From NCBI GenBank assembly GCA_964016885.1, contig OZ024749.1:6696001-6760000 (forward strand): a stretch of DNA of 64,000 bases, read 5' to 3'. The stretch comes from Eledone cirrhosa (Eukaryota). Below are positions 40,224-52,846 of this stretch, piece by piece. Position 1 is the first letter of the stretch; the number at the start of each line of letters is the position of its first letter. Made by a program: the position numbers and the translations under genes. The notes under the pieces are model-generated. The model was not told the origin of the DNA, did not search any database, and worked only from the letters and a program-made list of their open reading frames with translations.

Positions 40224-41081
40224 CAGGAGAACATGATATGAAGGCTAAAAAACACTTGTGGATAGTGCAGTTTTAAATCAACATATATATGTATATATGT
40301 ATATATATAACAAAGGAAGTGTGGTAAGGAGCCAGGTGAACCATAACGCACCAGAGTACTCAATACTTTGGGTAGTAGAGTGGGTAATGGGAAAAGAGTC
40401 AGGACCCCGACGGTAGAGCTCAAACCGTTTAGACAGCTATTTCTGGACGCGTCCACAAATAGCTGTCAAAATGGCTTGAGCTCTGCCGTCGGGGTCCTGC
40501 CGCTTTTCCTATATATATATATATAAATAAATACAGGTAAAGAGGCTAGGCTGTGTGGTTACTAAAAACGAAGTGTTAGAAGGTAATTGGGATGTAAACA
40601 AGAGGAGAAAAGTTTCCCTTCGTCAGCTGTTTACTACGGATCATAGATGTTTCGGCACTTAAAACAGAACATCTATCCATAGCACGCCCATGGCCTTTTA
40701 TCTATCAAAAGGCCATGAGGGAAAGAAGTGATAGCAAAGAGAGAGGAGGAAAGAAAAAGGGAAGAAGGAAAAAACGAAAAAACGAAGTAAACATACCGAT
40801 AGAAGGGGGAGCACAGGACAATGGCACATGTTAGTGAGTAACCGAAGGGTATAAGCCTGGTGGCTGTAATATAACTGAGGAGCTAGGCTTTTCTGTGGCG
40901 ATGCTCAGTAAAGTGAGGGTAGAGAGAGAGAAAGACGGAGAAACCAGAAGTGAGAGGGAGGTAGAGGGGGTGAGTAAGAGGGATAGAGAGAGGGGGAGGA
41001 GAAGGGAAAGGGAGTTAATCCAAAAAGGGGTTTACGACTCATCTGCGACCAGGCCGAAAACAAGCAAATCGATAGGGAGGA

Positions 41082-41118
<37 letters not shown>

Positions 41119-41442
41119 GGAAACAAATGAAAAACAATTTTTTAAGGGGAAACCTTAAAAAATCCTTTTTTAAAAATACAAAATTCAGATGAAGGACACA
41201 GAACTCCATGGTCATTGGCCTTTGAGGAGGATTTTGGCAGTTTCGACCCCTACCAATAGTAATGCTGGTCCCACAGCATTTGACACAAGCCAAACACTGT
41301 CCAGTGGAGTAAGAAACAAGAGACAAAACATTAATTTATAGCAATTAAGCTAAACACACACACACACACACGTATATATATATATATATATATATATATT
41401 TCGTTTCTGAATTTGTTATTGGCAACATGACCCTCCCAAAGT

Positions 41443-41486
<44 letters not shown>

Positions 41487-41527
41487 GATATTAAACAAAT
41501 GGAAACTATATTTATAAAACCATATTT

Positions 41528-41590
41528 ATTTCATTATACATATTTCGGGGACACCATATCAAAAATATGGCATGCCTTCCTCAGATAAAA
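41528..41590 (-). ncRNA. Type-I hammerhead in inverted element ~41484-41773
   Basis: ttttat-CTGAGGA-stem II (ccatat/atatgg)-GAAA-tatgta-TA/atgaaa. Confidence 0.7.
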
Positions 41591-41770
41591 TACAATATAT
41601 AAACAGTTTTATAAATAATTTTGACGTACCATAAATATTGACCAACCGTTCTGTACGAAGCTGGTTTCCATTTGTTTAATATCGTATATCTACTCCAAAA
41701 CTTGTCGAGTGCTTTATATCAGTTATAAAATATTTACTTGTTGTAACCCAACAATTTTATATAAAACTTT

Positions 41771-41857
<87 letters not shown>

Positions 41858-41859
<2 letters not shown>

Positions 41860-42188
41860 AGGGAGTGTAACTTGGAGTTACTGTAGGTTCACCCAGGTAA
41901 GCACTCAATGTTTAGGTTCACTTCAGTGTAGAGGTGTAGAGCTAGACAGAGTGTATTATAGTGAAATAAAATAACAAGGACGAATAGTTACTCCTTCATT
42001 ACGTTTATTGGTTGGTGATGCGCGTTTCACCACTGATCAGTTCAAGGTTCGATCTGTATCGATCTATCCCGACTCTGTAATCCGCGGCTCGTCATGCCCC
42101 TTACTATGGTAAGGGGTCTGACGAGCCACAGATTACAGTAAACATAATGAAGGAGTAACCAATCGTTCTTGTTATTTTATTTCACTAT
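41858..42188 (-). mobile_element. Foldback pseudo-LTR-like element with degenerate hammerhead
   Basis: Inverted arms ~41957-42010 and ~42137-42188; inner hairpin with CTGACGA (42118-42124); minus strand aTGACGA..long stem II..GAAAcgcg. Confidence 0.65.
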
Positions 42189-42198
42189 ATATATATAT

Positions 42199-42500
42199 AG
42201 TGGTTACACAACAGTTGGTTCAGCATACCGAGGACAATTGTTTCACCTTAGCAGATCCTCAGCTCGTAATGGACACGGTTAAACGGAACGGGAAGGACAA
42301 CCCTACGAACGCGCATGCACAGAAACGGTTATCCTTCCCGTTCCGTTTAACCATGTCCATTACGAGCTGAGAATCCACTAAGGTGAAACAATTGTTCTCG
42401 GTATGGTGAACTAACAGTTGTGTAACCACTTCTACCTAACTCGTCCCATGGACTGAGTGCTCTACCACTACGGATATTACCTTCCAGTGTTCTACCCCTA
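42199..42500 (+). mobile_element. Foldback element with ~104-bp arms, one hammerhead per arm
   Basis: 42199-42302 versus 42327-42430; TA flanks. Confidence 0.85.
42229..42266 (-). ncRNA. Minimal type-I hammerhead; mirror copy 42363-42400 (+) has the core change CTGAGAA
   Basis: cgag-CTGAGGA-tctgctaaggt-GAAA-caattg-TC/ctcg; stem III palindrome ACAATTGT. Confidence 0.8.
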
Positions 42501-44399
42501 TATATGTATATATATACTAGTAGAGGTACCAGGCAATGCCCTCCTATTTTATGAAAGAAACTAACAACATATCTTCGGCATATTGCACAATATTTGACCA
42601 AAGCAGAAACTAGCAGATATTTCATTGCCACATCTTCAATACAAAGCACCTAGATAAAGATATTATCACCTTTATCTACTGGTATTGTTTTGAATATTAC
42701 AACCTTTTTACAGTTGTATAATATATGACTTTGCCCATACATGAATTATTAGGTGATGACAACAACAAAAAAAATTTGGAACTTTTTATTTCTATTAACT
42801 TTTTTTTTTTTTTTTTGTACTATTAGAACATCAAAAATTCAAAACAAAACACCGAATGGCTATTTTGAAAACCATAAATAAAATAAAATGAAAATTAAAG
42901 TTAACATTAACTTATGAATGAACCATTATGAAGCATTTACTTTTTCATTTTTGTAATTCAGGAAAGTGTATTTAGATTTTAACAGTGTAGTTTTCAACCA
43001 TCTTTGCCTGTAAGGCAATAGGATGTCTTTTAGAGAGATTTGTTTTTCATTTTTCTATCAGATGAACTAACATTGAGATCTACTGGAGGTTTATGGTATG
43101 TTATTAGTGTTAAAAGTGTGTGTCTGTGAAACATATTCATATATACCAGGTCTGAACACAAAGGAACCAAACACCACTGTCACTGCCTCCTTATAGCCAC
43201 GTAATATCAACAGCACCACCCAACCCTATTTCCAGAGAGACTTGACTACATGCAAATTGTAAATAATTCTTTCTACTTTTGGCATAAAGCCAGCAATTAC
43301 CCCAGTGCATTATTGGTATTTTATTTTATCAAGCCGGTAGCCACGGAGTAGGCAGACCCAGAAAAACCTGGGACGACTTGATAAATTCCGACCTCACACA
43401 CTTAAACCTCTCCAAGACAATGTCACTGGACCAAGATCTTTGGTGCTACACAGTAATACAGAAGACCCACCTTGCCTAAGTACAAAGCGAAACCTACAGT
43501 CAGTAGGCCCCTCTTAACCAAATATAGACCCCCATCCCCACCCCCACCGCTTTCTCTGTAAAGTTATGTTGGTACCACAACATCCAGTCCTAAATAAATG
43601 AGGGTAAGGGAGAGATAGTGGTGGTAAAAGAGAGAGAGAGAGGGAGTGTGAGGGTAAGGGAGAGATAGTGGTGGTAAAAAAGAGAGAGAGAGAGAGAGAG
43701 GGAGTGTGAGGGTAAGGGAGAGATAGTGGTGGTAAAAGAGAGAGAGAGAGAGAGGGAGTGTGAGGGTAAGGGAGAGATAGTGGTGGTAAAAGAGAGAGAG
43801 AGGGAGTGTGAGGGTAAGGGTGAGATAGTGGTGGTAAAAGAGAGAGAGAGGGAGTGTGAGAAAAGGATAATGAGAGTGTGAGAGAAGGAGGAGAAGTTAC
43901 AAGATAAGGGGTGAGAGGAGGCTAGATAAAAAGTATGTGTAAGAGAGGGAAAGTATGTGTAAGAGAGGGAAAGAAAAAGAGACTGGGAAAGAGAAAGCAC
44001 TGGGAAAGAGAGCGTGTGTGTGTGAGAGAGAGAGAGAGTGTGTGTATGTGAGAGAGTGAGTGAGTGTGATAATAGAACATGACAGAGAGTACGGGAGGAG
44101 GAGGAAGAATTGCAAAATAGAGGTGGGGGGGGGGAAAGTGTATGTGTGTAAAAGAGGCAGAGAGTAAGAGAAGGCATATGTATGAGAGAGAGAGAGAGAG
44201 GGTGAGAGTGTGATTGAGCAGTAACAGAGAGGAAGAATGTGTGGTTGAGAGAGAGGAGGGAGGAGAGACAAAGAGGGAGAGAGTGTAATAAGGAGAGACA
44301 CGAAGAGAGTGTAATAAACTAAGAGAGAGAGGGAGTTTGAGTGGAGGGTTGAGGAGTGGGAGAAAGGGAGTGAGATAGAAGAGAGAGAGAGAGGGAGAG

Positions 44400-45695
44400 A
44401 GTGTAATAAAGTGAGAGAGAGAGGGAGTTTGGGTGATTGGAGGGTTGAAGAAGGCGTGTGAGAGAGGGAGTTTGTGTGAGTGGAGGGAGGGTTGAGGAAG
44501 GAGTATGAGGAAGAGGGAGTTTGTGTGAGTGGAGGGAGGGTTGAGGAGGGAGGGTTGAGGAAAGAGGGAGAGGGAAAGAGGGAGAGGGAAAGAGGGAGAG
44601 GGAAAGAGGGAGAGGGAAAGAGGGAGAGGGAGTTTGTGTGAGTGGAGGGAGGGTTGAAGAAGGCGTGTGAGAGGGAGTTTGTGTGAGGGGAGGGAGGGTT
44701 GAGGAAAGAGGGAGAGGGAGTTTGGGTGAGTGGAGGGAGGGTTGAAAAAGGAGTATGAGGAAGAGGGAGTTTGTGTGAGTGGAGGGAGGGTTGAGGAAAG
44801 AGGGAGAGGGAGTTTGTGTGAGGGGAGTGGAGGGAGGGTTGAAGAAGGAGTATGAGGAAGAGAGAGTTTGTGTGAGTGGAGGGAGGGTTGAGGAAAGAGG
44901 GAGAGGGAGTTTGTGTGAGGGGAGTGGAGGGAGGGTTGAAGAAGGAGTATGAGGAAGAGAGAGTTTGTGTGAGGGGAGGGAGGGTTGAGGAAGGAGTATG
45001 AGGAAGAGGGAGTTTGTGTGAGGGGAGGGAGGGTTGAAGAAGGGGTGAGAGGAAGAGGGAGTTTGTGTGAGGGGAGGGAGGGTTGAAGAAGGGGTGAGAG
45101 GAAGTGGGAGTTTGTGTGAGGGGAGGGAGGGTTGAGGAAAGAGGGAGAGGGAGTTTGTGTGAGTGGAGGGAGGGTTGAAGAAGGAGTGAGAGGAAGTGGG
45201 AGTTTGTGTTAGGGGAGGGAGGGTTGAGGAAAGAGGGAGTTTGTGTGAGTGGAGGGAGGGTTGAAGAAGGAGTATGAGGGAGAAGGAGTTTGTGTGAGTG
45301 GAGGGATGGTTGAAGAAGGAGTATGAGGGAGAGGCAGTTTGTGTGAGAGGAGGGAGGGTTAAAGAAGGAGTATGAGGAAGAGGGAGTTTGTGTGAGTGGA
45401 GGGAGGGTTGAAGAAGGAGTATGAGGGAGAGGCAGTTTGTGTGAGTGCAGGGAGGGTTGAAGAAGGAGTATGAGGAAGAGAGAGTTTGTGTGAGGGGAGG
45501 GAGGGTTGAAGGAGTATGAGGAAGAAGGAGTTTGTGTGAGTGGAGGGAGGGTTGAAAAAAGGAGTATGAGGAAGAGAGAGTTTGTGTGAGGGGAGGGAGG
45601 GTTGAGGAAAGAGGGAGAGGGAGTTTGGGTGAGTGGAGGGTTGAAGTAGAAGGGAGGGGGGGGGGTTGTGTGAGTAGAGGGAGGGTTGAGGACCG
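44400..45695. repeat. G/A-rich complex minisatellite
   Basis: Variable units gggagtttgtgtgagtggagggagggttgaagaaggagtatgaggaa. Confidence 0.9.
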
Positions 45696-46023
45696 TAAGA
45701 GTGACGGGGGTGTGTGCTAAGTCTTACTATTCATAATATACTCATTACTGACAATAAAGTTAGCAATAATTAGTCTTATCATAACTCTCATCATGAAAAG
45801 AAGAAGCTAATGAGAATCCAATTATTCTAGTTAAAATTGTCATTAATTACACAAATGACTCCATAAAACTTCTCTATTTAATTTAACGACTAAAATAACA
45901 TGCACAAATTACATGATAAAAGAATTAGCTAAGCTTAAATCTTACAAACACACTATGTTTATCTGTTAAATATACCATTATTGTCTGTATATATATATGT
46001 GTGTGTGTGTATATATATATATG

Positions 46024-46055
<32 letters not shown>

Positions 46056-46063
46056 TATGTGTG

Positions 46064-46098
<35 letters not shown>

Positions 46099-46225
46099 GT
46101 ATATATATGCATGCTACTGTACGTCTGTATACATATATGTATGTACGTATACATACATACTTACATTTAAATAAGTGCCATACTAAGAGTGAGAAATGAA
46201 ATTTTGTTTTCATTTTTTTTCAACT

Positions 46226-46309
<84 letters not shown>

Positions 46310-46378
46310 CATATATATTCATATATACATATATATATACATACATATATATTCATATATACATATATATATATACAT

Positions 46379-46419
<41 letters not shown>

Positions 46420-46837
46420 AAATCTCTGAAGAAGTGACAACTGATTATACATTTGCTTTCGAATACTTGCTAACGTTATATGATTATGCAAGCAGCGATA
46501 CATAGGTATTCCGTCTGTTACAGAAACATATGTCAATACCTAATAAATTCCTTTTTAAAAAAAGCACTTTTAAAAAAAGCACTTTCATTTTATATTCATC
46601 CTTTCTATATACATATATATATATATACATATACATATATATACATGTATATATATACATATACATATATATAGATATACATATATATATATTGTTTATC
46701 GTGATTTCGTGGGCTGATATTCCGATTCTCGATTATTCTACTACATATATATATAGATAGATAGATAGGTAGGTAGATATATATATATACATATATATAG
46801 AGATTACATGAAACAAAGTTCTGTTTAAATCATTTAT

Positions 46838-46886
46838 CTGCTTACAATTGTTTCTTCCAAACTGAGGTTTGGAGTCTTCAGAGCAA
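46838..46886 (-). ncRNA. Type-I hammerhead ribozyme
   Basis: ttgct-CTGAAGA-c-tccaaac(ctca)gtttgga-a-GAAA-caattg-TA/agcag. Confidence 0.8.
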
Positions 46887-46972
46887 TTATTCAGTGATTT
46901 TTAACATACTTGACCTCCTTTCCAACACAAGAGACATATAGAATATATATATACATATATACATATATACAA

Positions 46973-47039
<67 letters not shown>

Positions 47040-47183
47040 CATACACGCACTAATGAACTTACTTACAAACACACACATTTATATATACATACATATCTAT
47101 ATATATATAGAGAGAAACAACGGAAGATATATATATATGTATATTTATATATATAAGTATATATATATATAAGTATATATATA

Positions 47184-47641
47184 TGGAAAGTTATAATTAA
47201 ATTGTTGGGTTAACAACGAGTAAATATTTATAACTGATATAAAAGCACTCAACAAGTATTTGGAGTATATTTATGATATTAAATAAATGGAAACTATATT
47301 TATAAAACCATATTTATTTTGTTATATATATTTCAGGGATATCATATTAACAATATGTTATGCCATCTTCAGACAAAATACAATATAAACAGTCTTATAA
47401 ATAAATAGATACGACATACCTTTCAATCACCTTGCATTTGTCCACAATTTTTTACTGCCAAATCAACCTCACAAATGCAAGGTGATTGAAAGGTATGTCG
47501 TATCTATTTATTTATAAGACTGTTTATATTGTATTTTGTCTGAAGATTGCATAACATATTGTTAATATGATATCCCTGAAATATATATAACGAAATAAAT
47601 ATGGTTTTATAAATATAGTTTCCATTTATTTAATATCATAA
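47184..47641 (-). mobile_element. Foldback element, 171-bp arms, 29-nt spacer; hammerheads at 47317-47378 (-) and 47534-47595 (+)
   Basis: 47271-47441 versus 47471-47641 near-perfect; ttttgt-CTGAAGA..GAAA-tatata-TA/acaaaa; same family as 41484-41773. Confidence 0.88.
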
Positions 47642-47826
47642 GTATATATATATATATTTATATGTATGTGTGTGTGTGTGTGAGTGTATGTGTGTGTACC
47701 TATTGGTGTTCTATAACGCGGGAAAAATGCATTTCAGGTGTAGACGTTAATTACAAAATAATCCGAGAACGAAACTATAGAAATCAATAGTATAGACATT
47801 ACATGAAAGACAATTACTGTCTGTAA

Positions 47827-48845
47827 TTATAAAGTTGTACAGCCTGGTTATTATACAGTTGTACAGCCTGGTTATTATACAGTTGTATAGCTTGGTTATT
47901 ATACAGTTGTACAGCCTGGTTATTATAAAGTTGTACATCCTGGTTATTATACAGTTGTACAGCCTGGTTATTATACAGTTGTATAGCCTGGTTATTATAC
48001 AGTTGTATAGCTTGGTTATTATACAGTTGTACAGCCTGGTTATTATACAGTTGTACAGCCTGGTTATTATACAGTTGTATAGCTTGGTTATTATACAGTT
48101 GTACAGCCTGGTTATTATACAGTTGTATAGCCTAGTTATTATACAGTTGTACAGTCTGGTTATTATACAGTTGTATAGCCTGGTTATTATACAGTTGTAC
48201 AGTCTGGTTATTATACAGTTGTACAGCCTGGTTATTATACAGTTGTACAGCCTGGTTATTATACAGTTGTACAGTCTTGTTATTATACAGTTGTACAGCC
48301 TGGTTATTATACAGTTGTATAGCCTGGTTATTATACAGTTGTACAGTATGGTTATTATACAGTTGTACAGTCTGGTTATTATACAGTTGTACAGTCTGGT
48401 TATTATACAGTTGTACAGTCTGGTTATTATACAGTTGTACAGCCTGGTTATTATACAGTTGTAGAGTCTGGTTATTATACAGTTGTACAGCCTGGTTATT
48501 ATACAGTTGTACAGTCTGGTTATTATACAGTTGTACAGTCTGGTTATTATACAGTTGTACAGTCTGGTTATTATATAGTTGTACAGCATGTTTATTATAC
48601 AGTTGTACAGTCTGGTTATTATCCAGTTGTACAGCCTGGTTATAATACAGTTGTACAGTCTGGTTATTATACAGTTGTACAGTCTGGTTATTATACAGTT
48701 GTACAGCCTGGTTATTATACAGTTGTACAGTCTGATTATTATACATTTGTACAGTCTGGTTATTATTCAGTTGTACAGTCTGGTTATTATCCAGTTGTAC
48801 AGTCTGGTTATTATATAGTTGTACAGTCTGGTTATTATACAGTTA
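47827..48845. repeat. 24-bp minisatellite, ~42 copies
   Basis: Unit gttattatacagttgtacag(c/t)ctg. Confidence 0.97.
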
Positions 48846-48924
48846 TTATTCAGAAGGTTCCAGGAAGGCGGTGGGGGAGAGGCAATAAAAATGGTATACT
48901 AGTATATTATAGTATATCAAATGA

Positions 48925-49305
48925 TACATACATATTATATATAAATATAGTAAAGTAAAAAATATATAATATTTATTTATACATAGAATATTATATATAA
49001 ATATAGTAACATAAAAAATATATAATATGTATTTATACATAGTATATTATATATAAATATAGTAAAGCAAAAAATATATAATATTTATTTATACATAGTA
49101 TATTATATATAAATATAGTAAAGCAAAAAATATATAATATTTATTTATACATAGTATATTATATATAAATATAGTAAAGTAAAAAATATATAATATTTAT
49201 TTATACATAGTATATTATAAATAAATATAGTAAAGTAAAAAATATATAATATTTATTTATACATAGTATATATTATATATTATATATAAATATAGTAAAA
49301 TGAAA
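48925..49305. repeat. 56-bp AT-rich tandem repeat, ~6.5 copies
   Basis: tacatagtatatt recurs at 49036, 49092, 49148. Confidence 0.9.
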
Positions 49306-50202
49306 AAGTATAACATGACAGTGGATTGGCAGTATCGGTATATAACTGAAGGATCCTCACAAACCCTTGTCCAGCACATTTCTATTATCCTAAATCATGC
49401 ACATTTCACATTGTCACAGCCTTTGAATTACATACCATCTTATACTTAAGGTACAATGCTTCAAGTAAACTATAACACTCACTTTTCTATATATACTGTT
49501 ATCTACAACAACTGGTCCTGACTATGACATTAAACTATATCCAGTGGCAAGGCTCAAGTTCGGGAGTTTAGGAGCTGTGGGGAATGTGGAGTTACTCCTT
49601 AGTTGTTATCACTCCCGGATCTGCTCTGGCCTGGAGTAGTAGTACCTGTTAGGGCCCCATTTATGGGTTAAATAATTACCTTATTCAAGTGGCACCAGAA
49701 AGGTGTTAGAGCCCATAACTACAATGTTAAGGAGCAGTCTGGTCTTTATGACTCTGCTGGTTTAGAGCCACAGGGAGGGCCAGTGGATGATGAATCAGCT
49801 ATTGCTGAGACTGGTATCTACTTGTCTATGGTTGGACTGACAATATTGTTAGAACTCAATGCAGCTGTGAAGAGATGGTTTCAATGAGATTAGCCAATAA
49901 GAACTATAGTTTTAGTAGTAGGATCTCATCACATAAGATTCCTTCAAAGAGCTACAAAATCATTTATATATGTGTGTATTGGATAATGAAAAGAAAACAA
50001 AAGTCGAAAATAAATTCTTAATTAGTTCAATGTTTTACGATTGATTCAGAGAGTTGATTCATTATGGTATCTCTAATCTTGAAGTCCCTGATCCATCACA
50101 TCTTCCTGAGAAATCAATATTTCTGGTTGGGAGTTACCAGATTAGACTAGTAAAACCATGTTCAGCTAAGTACTCAATACTTGGGAAAGTAGAGTGTATG
50201 TA

Positions 50203-50234
<32 letters not shown>

Positions 50235-50288
50235 ATTGAAAAAGTGGAGAATAACATGCTCAACAGTACAAAAAAGGGGATTTATTTG

Positions 50289-50398
50289 CAGTCTAACAAT
50301 TGTTTCACTGATAGAGTTGTCTAAAAATTGCTGAACACTAAAAGCAGTGCCACTCAATTTTAAATACGATGTTAACTCTATTAGATCATCGGAAACTG
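50289..50398 (-). ncRNA. Hammerhead-like motif with extended stem II (core CCGATGA)
   Basis: cagttt-CCGATGA-t-ctaatagagtt..aactctatcag-t-GAAA-caattg-TT/agactg; the element runs to (TA)n at ~50233. Confidence 0.65.
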
Positions 50399-50959
50399 AT
50401 CAAAACGTATATGTGTAGCTGGCAAATTTACAAATTCAAATTACATGATCAATAATAATATTAATAATAAAGATATAGAGAGAAAAGGAGGAAGAAAGGG
50501 AGATAGAGTAAAGAAAGAAAGGAAAGGAAGGAAAAAGAAGGAAAAGGAAAAAGAAAAAAGAAAGAAGAAGAAAAGGAGATATATAGAATATATATATGCT
50601 CTCTGAATTCAAATCCTGTCGAGGTCAACTTTGCCTTTTATCCTGTCGAGGTCAATAATAAAGTACCAGTCTCGTACTGGGGTCGATTCTTCTCTCTGGA
50701 AGAAATCTGTTGTACTGGAGTTGATTCTTCCTCTATATCTCTTTCTCATTTCCTCTCTCTCACTCTCTATCTTTCTCTGGAAGAAATCTTCTGTACTCAG
50801 GCCTGGAGAGGGAAGGGCTCCACCAGGTTTTAAAAATACCCAAGAAACACTGTATGTTAACACGGTGACCATATGACTATCAGGAGTTTCGGGACCATAT
50901 GAAATAATACTAGGGAAGATAACATGTCCTTTGTATAGCTAAAGAGATTTCCCAACCCC

Positions 50960-51630
50960 TGTGTCTGGCAAATATTTTATGGCTCTGGATACTCTTCCTA
51001 TCATCAACCACTTTACAGAGTGTACTGGGGGTGTTTATCATGCAAATCACCAACACTAGGGTTACACCCAACTCTTTGGTTTTCAAGTTATTATTCTATG
51101 GCCGAATGCCCTTCTTATAACCAACCACTTCTCAGCATGTACAGGGTATGTTTATTGTTTAGATCCTCAACACTCTAACCCCTAAACTACATGTAGAGGG
51201 TGTGTTAACCATGTAGCCTGACATCACTCTAATAGCTGTCATGCTGTTGACACAACTGAAGAGTCCTCATAACCTCTTGTTTGGCACACATCTCTGGCTG
51301 GATGCCCTTCCTATCACCAACCACTCTACATGTACTGGGGATGTTTATCATGCAGATCACCAACACTAGAGAAACTGTCACATTCCTGGCATGAATAAAG
51401 AGTCCTCTCGACCCTTTTTAGGCATGATTTATACTGTAGGCTGCCCTTCATATTACCAACCACTTTACAAAGTAAAGTGGGTGCATTTATTGTGTAGCTC
51501 ACCAACATTAGAGAGGCTGTCATACCCCTTGCACAGCATCCTCATGATCCTGCTTGGTATGATTTCTACTACAGGGTGCCCTTACAGAGTGCAATGGGTG
51601 CATTTATCATGGCACCCATACTAGAGAGAG
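50960..51630 (-). repeat. Old degenerate tandem copies of the RTE/SINE tail
   Basis: Five or six diverged gatgcccttccta..caaccactttaca..caacactag units. Confidence 0.7.
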
Positions 51631-51717
51631 TGTTTAACCCTTAAGCATTTAAACCGGTCATATCTGGCTAGAATTCCCTCACCTCTTTCTGTTCAAACCG
51701 GTTGTAAGTGGCCACTC

Positions 51718-52056
51718 ATCATGATCATCATCATTTTACGTCCGCTTTTCTCTGCTTGCAAGGGTGGAACGGGAACTGATTCTGGCTTGATTGCTACAGA
51801 TGGATGCCCTTCCTAACACCAACCTCATTTACAGAGAGTGCTGGGTGCTTTTTTGCCGTGTCACCTCCACGACCACTTTACAGTGGAATGATAGGGACCC
51901 TAGTCCCTATCATCTCATTTCTACAGCTGAGTAAACTGAAGCAATGTGAAATAAAGTGTCTTGCTCAAGGAAACAACACATCACCCGGTCTGAGAATCGA
52001 ACTCACAACCTTTCGATTGCAAGGCCAATGCTCTAACCACTAAGCCATGTGCCTCC
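51718..52056 (-). mobile_element. SINE family A inserted in a piggyBac-like MITE
   Basis: MITE sequence resumes after the SINE (tactgatgttaaggtattg). Confidence 0.9.
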
Positions 52057-52167
52057 ATAAAAAGTACTGATGTTAAGGTATTGTCCCTAAAATAAATAAT
52101 ATCAAAATCTCATAGATTCAAGATTATATGTTTCAGCTTCGGGCTTGTACCGGGGGGAAGTCGGGTC

Positions 52168-52223
<56 letters not shown>

Positions 52224-52596
52224 TGGCTAGCTGCAAACTTGGTCTAATTGAATTGATGTAGTTAGTTTAATTTTAAAGGGAAGAAGAAAGAGTGTGTATG
52301 TGTAGTTGTTGACAATGTGTCAGTTCCAATCTACATGCTTTATAAAAATACATTTTTCTCTCCCTTAAAAATAGCAGAGTTCTGGGGCTTTTTAAATACA
52401 GCCATATTGAAGAGTGAGGAGTTCTTTATTTACAGTGGCGAAAGGTTTGCCCAGCAACAATGTGCTCTTTTGCTACTATACAATAAAAACATACAGAGAC
52501 AGTGGAGATTTCCTGAAAACAGGGAAACGGAAAAAAAATCACCCCCCACCCTAAAAAACCCACAGGAAACAAAGAAACAATAAAATAGAGCATTAC

Positions 52597-52788
52597 CTCA
52601 CTAGCAAACTGAAGCTTTTGTTCTTCCTTGTCATGGAGATCCTGGCGGAACTTACTGGCTGCTTTGTTCATTGCTTGGATATTCTCTTCGATCTGTTTGT
52701 TATTTTCGACTTCGGTGTTGTAAAACCTTTTACTCTCAGCTATGTCAAGTTCCTTCTGAGATATTCCACACTTCAGGAGATGGATTTG
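52597..52788 (-). CDS. CCDC39: Internal coding exon (192 nt, phase 0/0) of coiled-coil domain-containing protein 39, axonemal ruler
   Basis: Acceptor tccctctgtcattacag, donor gtaatg. Open 64 aa QIHLLKCGISQKELDIAESKRFYNTEVENNKQIEENIQAMNKAASKFRQDLHDKEEQKLQFASE aligns without gaps to the CCDC39 segment ..KEKIKFLESEIGNNTEFEKRI..KCR..QDHE..IQLKGE, recalled from memory rather than searched. Confidence 0.8.
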
Positions 52789-52813
52789 CTGTAATGACAG
52801 AGGGAAGACAACA

Positions 52814-52846
<33 letters not shown>

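Noticed and set aside
40580-40690. Possible hammerhead (CTGACGA and GAAAC on the minus strand)
   Set aside because: Motifs cannot be assembled into a coherent three-stem fold
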